DNA from: a virus
Lineage: Duplodnaviria; Caudoviricetes
Virus record (IMG/VR): IMGVR_UViG_3300009506_000044
Span: 1-52,914 of that record
Reading direction: 5' to 3' (one strand)
Length of the DNA: 52,914 nt
Shown here: piece by piece, positions 28,453 through 38,098 of the stretch
Layout: each line of letters begins with the position of its first letter
How positions within the stretch are numbered: the stretch's first letter is position 1
Notes under the pieces: model-generated
Told to the model about the DNA's origin: nothing
The model's database searches: none
The model's input: only the letters and a program-made list of their open reading frames with translations
Translations under genes and position numbers: made by a program

Positions 28453-28796
28453 GCACGTGCGAAAAAAATTTGCACATTGGAGAAAAAAATATAGGATCAG
28501 GTCTGTAGGCCAATAAAATAAAGGCTTTCAGAACGATGTGCTTTTTCTACAGAAAAAAATATTTTTTCTCGCATGAGAATCAGACCGTGCCAAACTGTTA
28601 AAAACATGTTGTTCACATGCAAGAAAAGCCTGACAGTGCAATAAAAACATTGCAGTTTAGCGCTCTATCCCAGCAAAATCAAGCATCTCCGCTTGTGCAA
28701 GAAAAACCTGACAGAGAAAGAAAAAACATGCAGCCTTGAGACGCCCATAAATACTGCGGTTCAGAGCAGCAACAGGGGTCGAGTGCTATTTTTCTC

Positions 28797-29027
28797 TCAC
28801 ATTGCCTGTATCGTAGGGTCGTATCTTCTGCGATAAGCGACGGTTTTCTTTAGTCCGTCCAGACATACGTCCGTCCAAACCCATTTTGTCCCTTTCGTTT
28901 CGACGTCCGGTTCCGGGAATTCTCCCCGGTCAATCATGCGTTTGACTGTGGACCAGTTTACTCCCAAATATTCAGCGGCGGCCGTCTTGCCGACGATGAT
29001 GCAATTATCGATTACAACGTGTTTCAT
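28797..29027 (-). CDS. Excisionase/AlpA-like HTH protein
   Basis: AAAEYLGVNWSTVKRMIDRGEFPEP; RBS AGGAGG. Confidence 0.75.
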   Translation of the reverse strand: MKHVVIDNCIIVGKTAAAEYLGVNWSTVKRMIDRGEFPEPDVETKGTKWVWTDVCLDGLKKTVAYRRRYDPTIQAM

Positions 29028-29080
29028 GTGCCCTCCTATATTAATGTAATATATTATTTGCCACGTGCCACATTCGGCAC

Positions 29081-29121
29081 GCATCTTGCGCAATATGTGT
29101 GCCACATTTTGCGCAAGATGC
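29081..29121. promoter_or_regulatory. 41-bp near-perfect palindrome between divergent genes
   Basis: GCATCTTGCGCAA-T-ATGTG-TGC-CACAT-T-TTGCGCAAGATGC. Confidence 0.6.
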
Positions 29122-29142
29122 TACCTACAATCTGGAGAGAAG

Positions 29143-29610
29143 ATGGAAGCAAAAATAACGGTGATATATAACGTCAGTCACGTTGAGTATCCTGGCGCTA
29201 GAATATGGTGTCACGGTATCACAATAGACAATACACGCGAAGAAACGTTAGTGAGTAGGCAGCTGCGCGGATTTACTTATGGTGGCATGCCGGTTTTCAC
29301 AATATGGTTAAACGATGCGGAAGTGAAAATAAAAAACCGCAAGGGCGGAAATATCGTCATGCCCAAACATGACGACAAAATACTCAACATGGACTCTGGC
29401 GTTGAAATTAATTTCGAAAACAGTGCAGGAGAACCAGGAATAATATTGGCGATCAGGGAAGACCCCCGGCAATCCATTAAAATCTGTCAGGCAGAAAAAC
29501 AGCCATTCGGAGATTCTGCCGACATGCTAATATTGCCGTATTGCGGTGGTATAAACTATCCTAAAGTTGTATGGCTGCCGAAGCATATGGCGATGCAAAA
29601 AGTTTTCTAA
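29143..29610 (+). CDS. Hypothetical protein
   Basis: ATG after GGAGAG. Confidence 0.6.
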   Translation: MEAKITVIYNVSHVEYPGARIWCHGITIDNTREETLVSRQLRGFTYGGMPVFTIWLNDAEVKIKNRKGGNIVMPKHDDKILNMDSGVEINFENSAGEPGIILAIREDPRQSIKICQAEKQPFGDSADMLILPYCGGINYPKVVWLPKHMAMQKVF

Positions 29611-29658
29611 AAAACGACTGATAAATAGTATTATGTTGCATTCGCAGGAGAGCGAAAA

Positions 29659-30162
29659 ATGAATATAACAGATTGCTCGGGGCTGAAAGGAGACTTGGAA
29701 GAAGCTGGATACACGGTGTCATGCTGCCAGCATTGCCACAACGACAGCCTGGATAATTACACCGTCGTTGATGGCGATACGATATACTGCTGTTGCAGTG
29801 TTGCAATGGCAGCGATGCGACACCTTGATTATGAGGTGTCGTTTGGCAGTTGCCACGGAGACGTATGCGACTGGTTGCGCGGATTTACCGGTGCAGAACC
29901 TGGCGCCACCATAAAGGCAGGGGACAAGATTTACCTGCCAGATGGCCGCGAAGGTGTTGCCGTGAAGCCGGAAGACGTCGGCCTGGAGTTCACTAAAATA
30001 ACGGGATTCAACGATAACACCACAAAGGAACGTCCGTTTGACATTCTGGAGGACATTGCATCAGAGCAAACCTACATGCAGCACGAGCTGAAGGGACTGG
30101 ACGAACTGGTCGCTGCGGTCAACCGGCTCGCCGCCGCACTGGAGAATAGAAATGAGCGATGA
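29659..30162 (+). CDS. Hypothetical Cys-rich protein
   Basis: RBS AGGAG; CCQHCH, YCCC. Confidence 0.6.
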   Translation: MNITDCSGLKGDLEEAGYTVSCCQHCHNDSLDNYTVVDGDTIYCCCSVAMAAMRHLDYEVSFGSCHGDVCDWLRGFTGAEPGATIKAGDKIYLPDGREGVAVKPEDVGLEFTKITGFNDNTTKERPFDILEDIASEQTYMQHELKGLDELVAAVNRLAAALENRNER

Positions 30163-30394
30163 AGACAAAATCGAAAAAACAAAACGCATGATTCTGGAGG
30201 GCATCACCGTCGAAGAGACGGTCACGCCGCAGGACGAGTTCGACGCGGCACCGGTGCGGGTGTGCCACGCGGAGCGAAAAATCGTAATCGACATGACGTA
30301 TGTTCTGGCGCGCCATCCGGCGTACATGCTGGAGATGACACGGCGCGAGGAGTTCACCGGAGACGGCGCGCAGGTGGAGGTGCCACGTGTCTGA
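30152..30394 (+). CDS. Hypothetical protein
   Basis: Overlapping operon context; RBS GGAG. Confidence 0.55.
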   Translation: MSDEDKIEKTKRMILEGITVEETVTPQDEFDAAPVRVCHAERKIVIDMTYVLARHPAYMLEMTRREEFTGDGAQVEVPRV

Positions 30395-30907
30395 ATTCCA
30401 CTGTTCCGCCTGCGGTGAAACCTGGCCAGGCGAGCGCTGGCCGTGGCCACATTGCCCGCGATGCGGAGGGAAACTTAGTCCTGCGGTATATTTTCGGGAG
30501 GTGCATGCGGATGCGCAAGGCAAGGCAACAGAAACGTAAGCGGAATTTCGATTACGACCCGGCCGGTCGCGGGCCGTGCCAGATTGGCGACGGCTACCAG
30601 TGCCAGGGGATCGCCACGCGTGAGTGCGACAACTGCGGGGCGTGGGTGTGCCACGTCCACGCACGAAAAAAATCGTGGGTGCAGTACCCCACGCAGCGGT
30701 GGGTTTGTGCCCAATGCATGGTAGAGAGGGATGAATGAAAATATGAAATACATCGCATCAGCAGAAAACATAACGGTCGTTTGCGATTATTGCGGAAAGC
30801 AAATCCGCATCATGGGACGCGTCGAGCATGGCGACGTCCTGCAGTGCCAGTGCGGATCACACTTGAGATTCTGCGTGGTGCTGTGTTCAGGAGGCACAGG
30901 TCGATAG
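30387..30907 (+). other. Three tiny Zn-finger ORFs (30387-30539, 30511-30738, 30743-30907)
   Basis: CSACG...CPRCG; CDNCG..CHVH...CAQC; CDYCG...CQCG; each has an SD-like upstream sequence. Confidence 0.55.
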
Positions 30908-31087
30908 CATGACGGAGAGTATGCTGTCGAATGCCACGGCGGCATGGTGTAATGGATAGTTTCGTCTGATGCGCTACTCCACCGGCTCGCTGACGATTTT
31001 TCTATTGCGCTACGGCACGGGTTTCGCTACAGTATGCGCACGGGAATTGTTGGCGAAGATTTTTTTTGCTGCGCCCTGATTTTTTTG

Positions 31088-31116
31088 TTGACCATCTCCG
31101 GTTGCCCTGGTATAAT
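31088..31116 (+). promoter_or_regulatory. sigma70 promoter of the repressor-like gene
   Basis: TTGACC-17 bp-TATAAT with extended -10. Confidence 0.8.
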
Positions 31117-31137
31117 TACGGTACGAATGGAGGCGAT

Positions 31138-31371
31138 ATGGATATAAAAAGACTCGTAGGAATAAATATAAAGCTGCTAAGAGTTAAGCTCGAATTGAGC
31201 CAAGAAGAATTCGGCAATCGCATCGGGATGGCGGCAACCTCAATATCTGATTGGGAAGCAGGAAAAACAGACATCAGGATTTCAAGCATAGAAAAAATGT
31301 GTGATGAATTCAACACAAGTCTATGTTACTTTTTTACACCTTTTGAGATAAACAAGAAAACCGCCGACTGA
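31138..31371 (+). CDS. XRE-family repressor-like HTH
   Basis: LSQEEFGNRIGMAATSISDWEAGK; RBS GGAGG. Confidence 0.88.
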   Translation: MDIKRLVGINIKLLRVKLELSQEEFGNRIGMAATSISDWEAGKTDIRISSIEKMCDEFNTSLCYFFTPFEINKKTAD

Positions 31372-31425
31372 TTTTTGATCAGCCCGCGTGATCACCAGTA
31401 AGTTGATCAGCCAGATCAGGAGGAA

Positions 31426-31965
31426 ATGCGAATGTCTTATTGCTCGCTGAAAGTTGCCCACAAAAGATGCGTAAAAACATACCAGCGGTTCCAAAATTCA
31501 TGGGGAGGTCATGCATACATCTGGGATAGCATATACAAAAAATACCTGAAAGATCCCGATAAGCCTGACTGGCAGGACAACTGGCTGATCATGGCATCAA
31601 AACACGATAGCAAACTATGGCATACACACGAAGACTTGTCTATCCCTCAATGGATTAGGACAATACTCGTATCAACGTGGGATTGGTCAATAACTGAGAG
31701 AGATAAACTGCCGAAATACGCGGGATATTTGAGGCGGTTTTGCGACGTGTTCCCGTCAGGAGAGAATGCTGCCAATCATTTACCGTCTTGGGCGAGAGAA
31801 ATAGAGACGATTTACAAGGAAAAGCCGGGATGCGTTGGCATATGCTACCATGCAACCTCGGTATCTAATGACGTTTGGGATGGATACAATCCATCTACGG
31901 GAGAACATTTTTTAACATTCGAGGTAATTTCGTCCATAGGATTATCCATGCCGATTGATTGTTGA
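31426..31965 (+). CDS. Hypothetical protein
   Basis: RBS AGGAGG; lower GC than its surroundings. Confidence 0.65.
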   Translation: MRMSYCSLKVAHKRCVKTYQRFQNSWGGHAYIWDSIYKKYLKDPDKPDWQDNWLIMASKHDSKLWHTHEDLSIPQWIRTILVSTWDWSITERDKLPKYAGYLRRFCDVFPSGENAANHLPSWAREIETIYKEKPGCVGICYHATSVSNDVWDGYNPSTGEHFLTFEVISSIGLSMPIDC

Positions 31966-32235
31966 TCAATCTCGGTTGATCCCCGTAGCGTAGAGTTTAC
32001 CGGCCGGGGGGTTGAGTTTGCCGACCCGCCCCCCGAGCCTTTCGTACGGGACGCGTGCATTGCATACGGCCCGCTGCAATTGTACCACAATCGAAAAGGA
32101 GGTCAAGAAATCATGGGCGACATGATTTTTTATCACTGCCTTTCGCCGTGATTTTGATGGACTGGCGGGGGAAACGCGATCCCCCGCATCTCTCTTTCCA
32201 TCAAAATCAAAAAATCAAAAATTGAAAGGCAAAAA

Positions 32236-34428
32236 ATGTGCGATTATGAAAGTTTTTTGGAATCTAAGGTTATAAAGGCGCCATCGAGCGGTATAGACGT
32301 CACTCCAGACAATCCTGCTCTATACGATTTTCAACGCGCCATAACCGCGTGGGCGCTGAGAAAAGGCCGGGCTGCAATATTTGCTGACTGCGGTCTCGGA
32401 AAAACGATAATGCAGTTGTGCTGGGCGCGTGAAGTTCACCGGCACACCGATAGAGAAGTGTTGATACTGGCACCTCTCGCTGTTGCTGCTCAGACCGTCG
32501 AAGAGGGACGCAAGTTCGGCATAGAGGTTACATACCGCCGCAAAGGATCCGTTGGCGGAATAACGATAACTAACTACGAAATGCTAAAGAATTTCGACCC
32601 GGAATTATACTCCGGCATTGTCCTGGACGAAAGCTCTATCCTGAAAAGTTTCTCTGGTAAGATACGCAATTTCATCATAGACAGCTTCAAAATAACACCA
32701 TACAGGCTTGCATGCACTGCCACTCCGGCTCCTAACGATCTAATGGAACTCGCCAATCATGCAGAGTTCCTTGGAATCATGAGAAGGGAGGAAATGCTCT
32801 CCACATTTTTTTTCCATGATTCTGGAAATACCTCTAAATGGGTAATTAAGGGGCATGCTGAATCAGATTTTTGGAAATGGGTGTGCTCTTGGGCTGTCAT
32901 GCTGAATTATCCATCAGATATTGGATTCAACGCTTCTGGATTTGAGTTGCCAGAGCTGAGAATGCACGAGGAAATCGTTTCGGTTGAAGAATGGGGGAAC
33001 TACCTTTTCGCTATGGAAGCACAATCCTTGCAGGACCGCATAAAAGAACGGCGGCGCACGGTGGCCGCCAGGGTGGAAAAGGCAGCAGAAATATTATCGA
33101 GATTCAATGGCGATCCCGCCATTGTCTGGTGCAATTTGAATATGGAATCATCGGGAGTGAAAAAGCGCTCTGGATGTACCGAGATCGTTGGCAGCGAGAA
33201 GGCGGAAGTGAAAGCAAAAAAAATGCTCGACTTCTCAGCAGGAAAGATAAAAAAACTGGTCACTAAACCTAGCATTGCTGGGTTCGGAATGAACTGGCAG
33301 CATTGCAACAATGTAATTTTTTTGGGGCTGTCAGACAGTTACGAACAGTTTTATCAGGCGCTTAGAAGGTGCTGGAGATTCGGACAGAAAAAACCAGTCG
33401 ATGTCTATATCGTGATTGCTGAAACGGAGGGGGAAGTCCTTGCGAACATAAAGCGCAAGGAGCAACAGGCAAAAGAAATGCGACAGGAAATGGTGAAAAA
33501 CATGCAGGATATTACCAAGCGCGAACTAGGGCATAGCGCAGAGGACATAGAGGTTTACGATCCCGAATCGACATCTGGTAGCGGCTGGACTGTCCATAAC
33601 GGGGACTGCGTAGAGATAATGCGGACAATTGAATCAGAGGCTGTCGGGTATTCGATATTTTCGCCACCGTTTTTGAGCCTGTATAGTTACTCTGACAGCA
33701 ATCGAGACTTCGGAAATTCTAAGACGGATGGTGAATTCTACGAGCATTTTCGCTTTTTTGCGGACGAACTGTACCGTGTTATCATGCCTGGCCGCAATTT
33801 CTCTTTTCATGTGGCCAATGTTCCATGCGCAAAATGGCTACATGGCTATATCGGGCTGAGGGATTTTCGTGGAGAGTGTATCAGACTTTTCCAGGACGCA
33901 GGTTTCATATTTCACAGTGAGGTCTGTATTTGGAAAGATCCGGTTACTGCGATGCAGCGAACAAAGGCGCTCGGTCTTCTGTACAAGCAGCTCAAGAAGG
34001 ACAGCGCTATGTCTCGTCAGGGAATTCCTGATTACCTGATCACGATGAAGAAATGGGGCGATAACCCCGACGCAATCGAACAAAAGCCTGAAAACTTCCC
34101 GCTTTCCAAGTGGCAGAAGTACGCTAGTCCGGTATGGACAGATGTAAACCAGAGTAGAACACTGCAATACAGGAATGCCCGCGATGAAAAAGACGAAAAA
34201 CACATATGCCCTCTACAGTTAGATGTAATTGAACGAGGACTGGAATTGTGGAGCAGGCCTGGAGATTTGGTACTATCTCCGTTCGCTGGTATCGGTTCTG
34301 AAGGCTATGTGGCCGTGTCGATGGGACGCGAATTCGTCGGTATAGAACTGAAAAAATCATATTACCGTGTGGCATGTCAAAACTTGGTATCTGCGGAGAA
34401 CTGCTATCAACAGCAGTTTTTGTTTTAG
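32236..34428 (+). CDS. SF2 (SNF2-like) helicase fused to N4/N6 DNA methyltransferase
   Basis: DCGLGKT, LDESS, TATP, QALRRCWRFGQ; methyltransferase motifs FSPPF and SPFAGIGSEG. Confidence 0.9.
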   Translation: MCDYESFLESKVIKAPSSGIDVTPDNPALYDFQRAITAWALRKGRAAIFADCGLGKTIMQLCWAREVHRHTDREVLILAPLAVAAQTVEEGRKFGIEVTYRRKGSVGGITITNYEMLKNFDPELYSGIVLDESSILKSFSGKIRNFIIDSFKITPYRLACTATPAPNDLMELANHAEFLGIMRREEMLSTFFFHDSGNTSKWVIKGHAESDFWKWVCSWAVMLNYPSDIGFNASGFELPELRMHEEIVSVEEWGNYLFAMEAQSLQDRIKERRRTVAARVEKAAEILSRFNGDPAIVWCNLNMESSGVKKRSGCTEIVGSEKAEVKAKKMLDFSAGKIKKLVTKPSIAGFGMNWQHCNNVIFLGLSDSYEQFYQALRRCWRFGQKKPVDVYIVIAETEGEVLANIKRKEQQAKEMRQEMVKNMQDITKRELGHSAEDIEVYDPESTSGSGWTVHNGDCVEIMRTIESEAVGYSIFSPPFLSLYSYSDSNRDFGNSKTDGEFYEHFRFFADELYRVIMPGRNFSFHVANVPCAKWLHGYIGLRDFRGECIRLFQDAGFIFHSEVCIWKDPVTAMQRTKALGLLYKQLKKDSAMSRQGIPDYLITMKKWGDNPDAIEQKPENFPLSKWQKYASPVWTDVNQSRTLQYRNARDEKDEKHICPLQLDVIERGLELWSRPGDLVLSPFAGIGSEGYVAVSMGREFVGIELKKSYYRVACQNLVSAENCYQQQFLF

Positions 34429-34436
34429 GGTGATGC

Positions 34437-35798
34437 ATGAAAATAGACATACCCATCTTCGACCTGAGACACCCAAAAAGTATCCCCGGTAGGAAAAACG
34501 TTGATATTATGCCGGGTGGAGAGGTCTACATTTCGAATCGATTTGGAGAGATCACGGTTAAGTATCTCTCCAGATCATCGGTTATAAGCCCAGAAGACAT
34601 GAAAACGTTCTGGGCTGTATTCAACCTTACCAAGTGCGCTGAAAAAAAAGGTGAATACTACAGGATACCCATAAGAGAGGTTGTTGCCGTAAGAGGACTA
34701 AAGCCGAAAGGTGATATTTTTAAAAGGATAAGGCAATCTCTCATAAAATTGAGATTCGTAACGCTTTCCTCTAACAGGGAAGTCTGGACAGAGCTTGGAA
34801 AGCGTGAACAGTTTTCTCTTAACGGAATGATATCCGATATCATCTTCGATATTACACACCTTTTCATGGGTGGACAAAAGGAATATTTTGACATTTCTTT
34901 TGGTGCCATTTACAGAGAAGCCATTTTGCATCCAGAGAAGAGAGTTGCCATACCTGGGCAGATTTTGAAATTATCAGGCATGGATTTTAATCTGGCAGTA
35001 TTTCTGGCCGGGCAATCCCTTAAAGAAGAGAAGAAACATTTTAATACAATGGATCTTCTAACAGAATCTCTTTTCCATCACAGCGAGACAGCCAGGCATC
35101 AACCTTGGAAGTCTAAAAGGATATACAACAGCCTAGAAAGATTAAAGGTCAAAAAAATAATAAAGGGTTTCAAAAAAACGAAAAACAATGTTGTTTTGAT
35201 CACCTTTTTTACAGGGAAAAAACCCGTGACCTTGAAGTACGAAACCCGTGACCTTGAAGTACGAACCCGTGACCTTGAAGTACGAACCCGTGACCTTGAA
35301 GTACGGAGCGATCACGAGCGGTCAATCATACCAACGACTTGTGAAGGCAAAAATCCGTCTAACTCTTTATCTAACTCCTTCCTTCCTAAAGAAGGAAGCT
35401 TGAAGGAAGGAAGGAAGGAAAAGAGAGAGTTGTTGTCTGAATTCAACTTGTACCCTCCGATTTTGGAAAAAGCTCTTGAATCGGATTTCACAGATCTTGT
35501 TAGTCTTATTTGCTATTCGAGACATCACTCACCAGACAATCCTGCAAAATTAATCGCATACCGAATACAGCACAATCTTCCTGTTACTGACCACGAATTG
35601 AAGTCCATCCAAGATATGCATGCCGAGAAGAAAGCGGCAAACTACACCCGCCTCAAAAAGAAACTTGCGATGTCAAGGATGAACAATGGTGGATTGTCCT
35701 GGAAAGGGCAACCGGTCAAACGCATATCGGACGCTGGAATTACAACGGACGACGGTCTTTTTTTCTGGGGGGACATTCGAACGGAGGACCTTGCATGA
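34437..35798 (+). CDS. Replication initiator (Rep)
   Basis: Upstream of dnaB; contains internal iterons; basic wHTH-like N-terminus. Confidence 0.7.
   Translation: MKIDIPIFDLRHPKSIPGRKNVDIMPGGEVYISNRFGEITVKYLSRSSVISPEDMKTFWAVFNLTKCAEKKGEYYRIPIREVVAVRGLKPKGDIFKRIRQSLIKLRFVTLSSNREVWTELGKREQFSLNGMISDIIFDITHLFMGGQKEYFDISFGAIYREAILHPEKRVAIPGQILKLSGMDFNLAVFLAGQSLKEEKKHFNTMDLLTESLFHHSETARHQPWKSKRIYNSLERLKVKKIIKGFKKTKNNVVLITFFTGKKPVTLKYETRDLEVRTRDLEVRTRDLEVRSDHERSIIPTTCEGKNPSNSLSNSFLPKEGSLKEGRKEKRELLSEFNLYPPILEKALESDFTDLVSLICYSRHHSPDNPAKLIAYRIQHNLPVTDHELKSIQDMHAEKKAANYTRLKKKLAMSRMNNGGLSWKGQPVKRISDAGITTDDGLFFWGDIRTEDLA
35221..35305 (+). repeat. Four 21-bp iterons, probable origin of replication
   Basis: AACCCGTGACCTTGAAGTACG x4 (35221, 35243, 35264, 35285) inside rep, followed by a strand-asymmetric GAAG tract. 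Confidence 0.85.
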
Positions 35799-37075
35799 AC
35801 GATAACGAATACGCCGTTTTGGGGTCAATTCTGAAGAACCCCACGGCAGATATTTCTTCTCTTACAGACAAGGATTTCCCAAGCAAAGACGGTCGTCTGG
35901 TATGGCAGGCCATCGCGGCAATGGATAGAGCAGGAAAGCCCATCGATGATTTGGTGCTGTTGCGAGATTATATCCGTAGTCACGGCAACGGCACGTCACT
36001 TGAGGCCCAGACGTGGGTGGTAGAAGCGATCACCTCAATACACGCCGGTGCGTGTTATGAGGATTACATCCGAATTTTGAAAAACGATTCGCTTACCAGG
36101 GCAATCGTCACGCTATCACGGGAAATCCAAGCAGCGGAAAAAGGCGGCACGAAGGGGAAAGACCTCCTCGATCTGGTCGAACGGTCGGTATCTCAACTGG
36201 CACTTGAACCTACCGGTCGCAAATCCTCACACATAAGCGTCGTCCTTAGAGACATGTTTGACAGCGTCGACAAGGAGAAGGGATATCCGACAGGGTTTCA
36301 CGCCATCGACGACATGATAACCGGCCTGGCTCCCATGCAACTGGTAATAATTGCGGGCCGCCCGAGCATGGGGAAGACGTCCTTCGCCCTGAATGTCGTT
36401 GAAAACCTTGCGATGATCCACGGTGTTCCGGTGATGGTGTTCTCGCTGGAGATGTCCCAAAAACAGGTCGGCATGGTGATGGCCTGTAGTCGTGCCGGGA
36501 TCTCCGTGAAACGGTTCCGGCGGCAGGATATCGATGAAAACGAGTACTCTCTGGCATCTACGGCATGCGGTGAACTATACAATGCCCCGATCACTATTTG
36601 CGATGACCCGGTGAGTCTGTCGGATATCAGGCGGCAGGTGCGCGGATGGTGCCGCGACCATGATGGCGGCGTTGTGCTGATAGACTACCTGCAACTTATC
36701 CGACCGGATAGCGGACGTCGTGATAACCGGACGCAGGAAATAGGCAGGATTTCCCGTGGGCTCAAGGGCCTGGCGAAACAGTTCGAGATGCCCGTTATAG
36801 CCCTATCGCAGCTAAACCGCAGCGTGGAGAGTCGCGATAATCACCGGCCGCGTATGAGTGACCTGCGTGATTCCGGGGAAGTCGAGCAGGATGCCGACGT
36901 GATCATGATGCTATACCGTGACGAATATTACAATTCGGAAACGGATTACCCAGGAACCGCAGAGGTCATCGTGGCCAAGCAGCGGGTCGGTGACACCGGG
37001 TCAATAAGGCTCGGATTTGCGAAAGAGTGTATGCGATTCGAGAATCCGGCAGTCCATTGCGCGAGGATAGACTGA
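35795..37075 (+). CDS. dnaB: Replicative DNA helicase
   Basis: GRPSMGKT, FSLEM, IDYLQL, LSQLNR, DLRDSGEVEQDAD. Confidence 0.96.
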   Translation: MNDNEYAVLGSILKNPTADISSLTDKDFPSKDGRLVWQAIAAMDRAGKPIDDLVLLRDYIRSHGNGTSLEAQTWVVEAITSIHAGACYEDYIRILKNDSLTRAIVTLSREIQAAEKGGTKGKDLLDLVERSVSQLALEPTGRKSSHISVVLRDMFDSVDKEKGYPTGFHAIDDMITGLAPMQLVIIAGRPSMGKTSFALNVVENLAMIHGVPVMVFSLEMSQKQVGMVMACSRAGISVKRFRRQDIDENEYSLASTACGELYNAPITICDDPVSLSDIRRQVRGWCRDHDGGVVLIDYLQLIRPDSGRRDNRTQEIGRISRGLKGLAKQFEMPVIALSQLNRSVESRDNHRPRMSDLRDSGEVEQDADVIMMLYRDEYYNSETDYPGTAEVIVAKQRVGDTGSIRLGFAKECMRFENPAVHCARID

Positions 37076-37076
37076 G

Positions 37077-37361
37077 ATGACGCCGATACAGGAGATAATA
37101 CCTACGGTGATGGAGCGCGTCAACACACGCTCCGTCATCTGGCGTCTGCTGGTGATCCACAAGCGGATCGCGGCGGGCGGATACCCGAACGCTAACACGC
37201 TGGCGCGTGATCTGGAGTACAGCCCACGGACGATCCAGCGCGACATCGAGTGGGCCAGGGACATGCTCGGGGCGCCGGTGCGGTACGACCAGTGGCGGCG
37301 CGGTTACTACTACGACAACCCCAGATGGCTGGAGGGAGTATTATGCACGCTACACACTTGA
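37077..37361 (+). CDS. Stand-alone winged HTH (like the N-terminus of WYL regulators)
   Basis: YPNANTLARDLEYSPRTIQRDIE...GYYY. Confidence 0.75.
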   Translation: MTPIQEIIPTVMERVNTRSVIWRLLVIHKRIAAGGYPNANTLARDLEYSPRTIQRDIEWARDMLGAPVRYDQWRRGYYYDNPRWLEGVLCTLHT

Positions 37362-38089
37362 TCGGACGTCATCTCAAAACGACCGGCGCGGCGGACATGC
37401 CGGAACGGTGTTGCCTTTGTGAATCGGAAGGCATCCAGGGGTTCCGCCGCAAGCAGGTCATCGCGTCCGGGTTCATGGACGTCGGCTACCTGCGTCCGAC
37501 GGATTGGATCTGCAGGTACTGCGCCGCGTGCCTCGGGTATCAGCAGGGCCGCACCGGCTTGGTGCGGAATTTCTCCTTCGTGGCGGGGGAAAACGCGCTG
37601 CAGTTTTTGAAGCGTGAGGAGATTTGGCACGTCATGACCGATCCGCCGGAACCGCCTTTCGTCCTGGGGGTAACGTACTCCCACAAAAAACACATCTCGT
37701 TCAAGGCGGCCGTGAATCTCAGCCGCACGCATTTCTCCGCATCGACGGAGGCCGGACATGTCCAGGTGAACCCGGACGGCGATGCCACGCTGAAAGGCAC
37801 TATGCAGCGGTGGTACACGATCTGCAAGCCGACAAAGACAGAACCGACGTGGTTCACGAAGGCGCACGTACTGCAAGGCTGCGACAATTTCAAGCGCATC
37901 GAGGAATACGGCACGGACCAGTATTTCGCAGACGATGCGATTATCCGCCCGTATCGGCACACTGCTCTCCTGGAGCTGTATGCCTATGCGCTCAATAAGG
38001 GACCGGTTCCGGAGCAGGCCCCGGAACCGGAACCAGAGGGAAAAACAGAATTTTCGACACGCAAAAACGGCCAGATGGCCATGTTTTAG
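37343..38089 (+). CDS. csf1: Type IV Cas8-like subunit Csf1
   Basis: CCLC...ICRYCAAC Zn motif; PPEPPFV...KKH...A.VN; precedes csf2; RBS GGAGGGAG. Confidence 0.75.
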   Translation: MHATHLIGRHLKTTGAADMPERCCLCESEGIQGFRRKQVIASGFMDVGYLRPTDWICRYCAACLGYQQGRTGLVRNFSFVAGENALQFLKREEIWHVMTDPPEPPFVLGVTYSHKKHISFKAAVNLSRTHFSASTEAGHVQVNPDGDATLKGTMQRWYTICKPTKTEPTWFTKAHVLQGCDNFKRIEEYGTDQYFADDAIIRPYRHTALLELYAYALNKGPVPEQAPEPEPEGKTEFSTRKNGQMAMF

Positions 38090-38098
38090 GGAGATTTT

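Noticed and set aside
32969-32990. Self-target of spacer 1 (shared GAAATCGTT)
   Set aside because: Only a short match, expected by chance.
35221-35305. 21-bp repeats as a second CRISPR array
   Set aside because: Tandem with no spacers and inside rep; these are iterons.
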